Assembly: GCF_018977255.1 (NCBI RefSeq)
Contig: NW_024704743.1
Span: forward strand, 95,544,001-95,608,000
DNA length: 64,000 nucleotides
Source of the DNA: Callorhinchus milii
Lineage: Eukaryota
Reading direction: 5' to 3'
The notes under the pieces were generated by a model. The model was given only the letters and a program-made list of their open reading frames with translations. It had not been told where the DNA came from and did not search any database. Shown piece after piece: positions 1-64,000 of this stretch; the first letter of the stretch is position 1, and every line of letters begins with the position of its first letter. The translations under genes were made by a program, and so were the position numbers.

Positions 1-209
1 GAGACCCTATTAACTAATCAAGACTAACTAGCAGTTGGTTAGTTTAGCCATGATGGTTACAGATGATTTGAATAGGATTTTATTTCACTTCCAAGGCCCC
101 ACTGAATGCACAAATTAAATTACTACTTAAAATGTATCTAATGTTGAATGGCTGAATGCCTTTGCAAACAGGGTCAATACTCACACACAAAATGTAAAGC
201 ATTCTCAAT

Positions 210-215
210 TTTATT
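210..215 (-). promoter_or_regulatory. Candidate UBR5 polyadenylation signal (AATAAA)
   Basis: tttatt on + strand about 400 nt past the stop; U/GU-rich tract (ttttgtgtgtg) follows on the minus strand; second AATAAA at 79-84. Confidence 0.55.
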
Positions 216-611
216 TTGAATTTCCCCACTTCCCTCTATACAAGAACCTTTGATGAAACACTTTCGACAAAGGCAGCAGTGAAATTTCAGAAACAATATT
301 CATTTCTCCTAGGCCAAATGACCATAATCACAGTGTAACAATACATGATCTGCTGTCATCTTTGGCTGGGGGTTAGGCTAACAGGTTACTGACTAGCCAA
401 AAGCCTAGGAGGTTACAGTCAAAGCCACTACAGCCTGTGGTTTGGACTTTCAGCTATAAGCCGAATACAGGAATGTTTTACCACCAGAGAACCTCCAGGT
501 GAGTGACAGCATCAACTTCCATAAATTTTATAGACAAATGAAAAAATTAATCTACAAAACCTGGACCTAGTTATATTATTACACACAATACACACATTTT
601 TTAAGTATATT

Positions 612-61979
<61,368 letters not shown>

Positions 61980-63044
61980 CTAAGAGGAGCAACAGAAGAA
62001 TTTGTAAAAGTGAAAGTCCAGCAATAGCCAACTTTAAGTTATATATTATTTCAAATAACAAATTACAAAAAAAATCTAACTGATTTATAGCAACACATCG
62101 TGAAAAATGGTTTGGTAAAATTACTAAGTACTTAGATATAAAGGTGGAAGGGAAACCTTTTGTTATAAACGGGTTGCCCATTTCTGCAAGTGAATAACCT
62201 GGAGAATGCCCCTCAATCCTTACTGTTTGCTATCATAACGTATGTATTTTGCAAGTCTCCAAGTCAAAACAAAAGTCAGAAAATTGATGATTTACACCTA
62301 AAAATTCAATCAAGTGAATGAAATATTTTATCCTTTAAGGTCCTGCTATAAACTAACCCTGAGACTATTTGTACTGATCAGTTGTTTGCTATTTAATGTT
62401 CTTGGGACTATGTAATGTTTTTGGTAGACAGCCCAATTGCGTGTAGACCTTTTAAAATGAGAAAGAAAGGGATATAAAGGTGATGGTGTCTGCTTTGCTC
62501 TCTGTATTATCTGGGAATATGAAAAGAATGAGCTTGAATTACTGAGTAGGAACATTGTGTGTGCAGAAGAACATTGAGTTTGAAGATAGCTCAGGGAGTT
62601 TAAGTAGATAAATCATTTATAGGAAGGATAGTTACATGAACTAAATAGGAAACTAAACTGGCGCAAAAAATAAAAACATTGGGATTCATTTCAAGTTGAT
62701 TTGGGGGGGTGAACGGGGACGAAATTGTAGATAATAAGCTCAGGAAAATACCCGACTTAGTTCTCATGAGTGACCCAGACCCGATTCAGAGGGTAGTTGT
62801 GATCACTCAGTGGCCATGACCTGAGCCAATAGAAAAGCGCGGACATATTTGCAAAAAAATTGCAATCTGTGTGCTATTGAGGTACATTTTACTGCTAATT
62901 TTTTTCACTTTATTGATAAAAACTAAACATAAAATATTAGACTTGTAAAAAAATTAATTGCGTCTTTAACATAAACAGAGTAAGGAGCCATCAGCGAGGC
63001 GACAGGAGCTCACCACTCCCCATCTCTCAGAGCTGGCAGCGCAT

Positions 63045-64000
63045 AGACTCACAGAGAGAGAGACACACACACTCAGATTCAGAGAGACACACATACAAAC
63101 ACACACCTGTACTCACAGACAGAGAGACACACTCACACAAACGCACTCAGACACAGAGAGGCACACAGACGAGCACGAACACACGTGCACACACACGCAG
63201 AGGCGCTCACAGGCGGAGGCGCGCACGCTCACAGACAGACACATGCACACTCACTCACAGACAAGCTCACAGACACAGAGACGCGCACACTCACACACAG
63301 TGGGAGACACACTTGTGCCCTCTCAGACCCAGACAGAGGGAGGCACGCACGCACTCGGACCCAGACAGAGGGAGACACGCACTCGTGCTCTGGGGCCCAG
63401 ACAGAGGGAGACTCGCACGCGCGCTCTCGGACCCAGACAGAGGGAGACACGCACACGGGCTCTCAGACCCAGACAGAGGGAGACACGCACTCGTGCTCTG
63501 GGGCCCAGACAGAGGGAGACTCGCACGCGCGCTCTCGGACCCAGACAGAGGGAGACACGCACACGGGCTCTCAGACCCAGACAGAGGGAGGCACGCACGC
63601 ACTCGGACCCAGACAGAGGGAGACTCGCACTCGTGCTCTGGGGCCCAGACAGAGGGAGACTCGCACGCGCGCTCTCGGACCCAGACAGAGGGAGACACGC
63701 ACACGGGCTCTCGGACCCAGACAGAGGGAGACACGCACACGGGCTCTCGGACCCAGACAGCGGGAGGCACGCACGCGCGCTCTCGGGCCCAGACAGCGGG
63801 AGGCACGCACACGCGCTCTCGGGCCCAGACAGAGGGAGACACGCACACGGGCTCTCAGACCCAGAGAGAGGGAGAGACACACACAAACGTGGATCCAGAG
63901 AGAGAGAGACATGCATGCGCGCAGACCCAGAGAGAGAGAGACATGTATGCGCGCGGATCCAGAGAGAGAGAGAGAAATGCGAACGCGGACCAGAGAAAGA
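63045..64000. repeat. CA/GA-rich low-complexity region with a CpG-rich 36-bp minisatellite core (about 63325-63870)
   Basis: Unit cagacagagggagacacgcacacgggctctcggacc and variants; period 36 (e.g. ggacccag at 63677 and 63713). Confidence 0.92.

Noticed and set aside
63229..63916. Long Cys/Ser/Arg-rich ORFs, and a CRISPR-like repeat-spacer look
   Set aside because: The ORFs result from a 36-bp unit lacking stops; the variable parts are related to each other, there are no cas genes, and the context is eukaryotic

Overview
Eukaryotic (vertebrate) genomic DNA. Almost the whole window is one minus-strand gene, UBR5 (EDD/hyd), a HECT E3 ubiquitin ligase. I traced 56 GT-AG coding exons from 61979 down to the stop codon at 612-614. 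Their phases are consistent and they match what I recall as human exons 4-59; exons 1-3 lie beyond the right edge. Exon numbering and all comparisons with human protein are from memory. UBA, UBR-box, MLLE and HECT motifs are present. One exon (about 22771) carries a 1-bp frameshift, most likely an assembly error. The introns hold L2 and CR1 LINE remnants, many tRNA-derived SINE fragments with L2-type tails, two small MITE-like elements and a CpG-rich 36-bp minisatellite. The repeat content and compact introns suggest a cartilaginous fish, possibly a chimaera (inference). I found no convincing novel multi-gene system. The best leads are an intronic CpG island with an ETS-CRE motif, a templated copy of exon sequence flanked by 11-bp direct repeats, a candidate microexon, and the frameshift plus unusual HECT substitutions.
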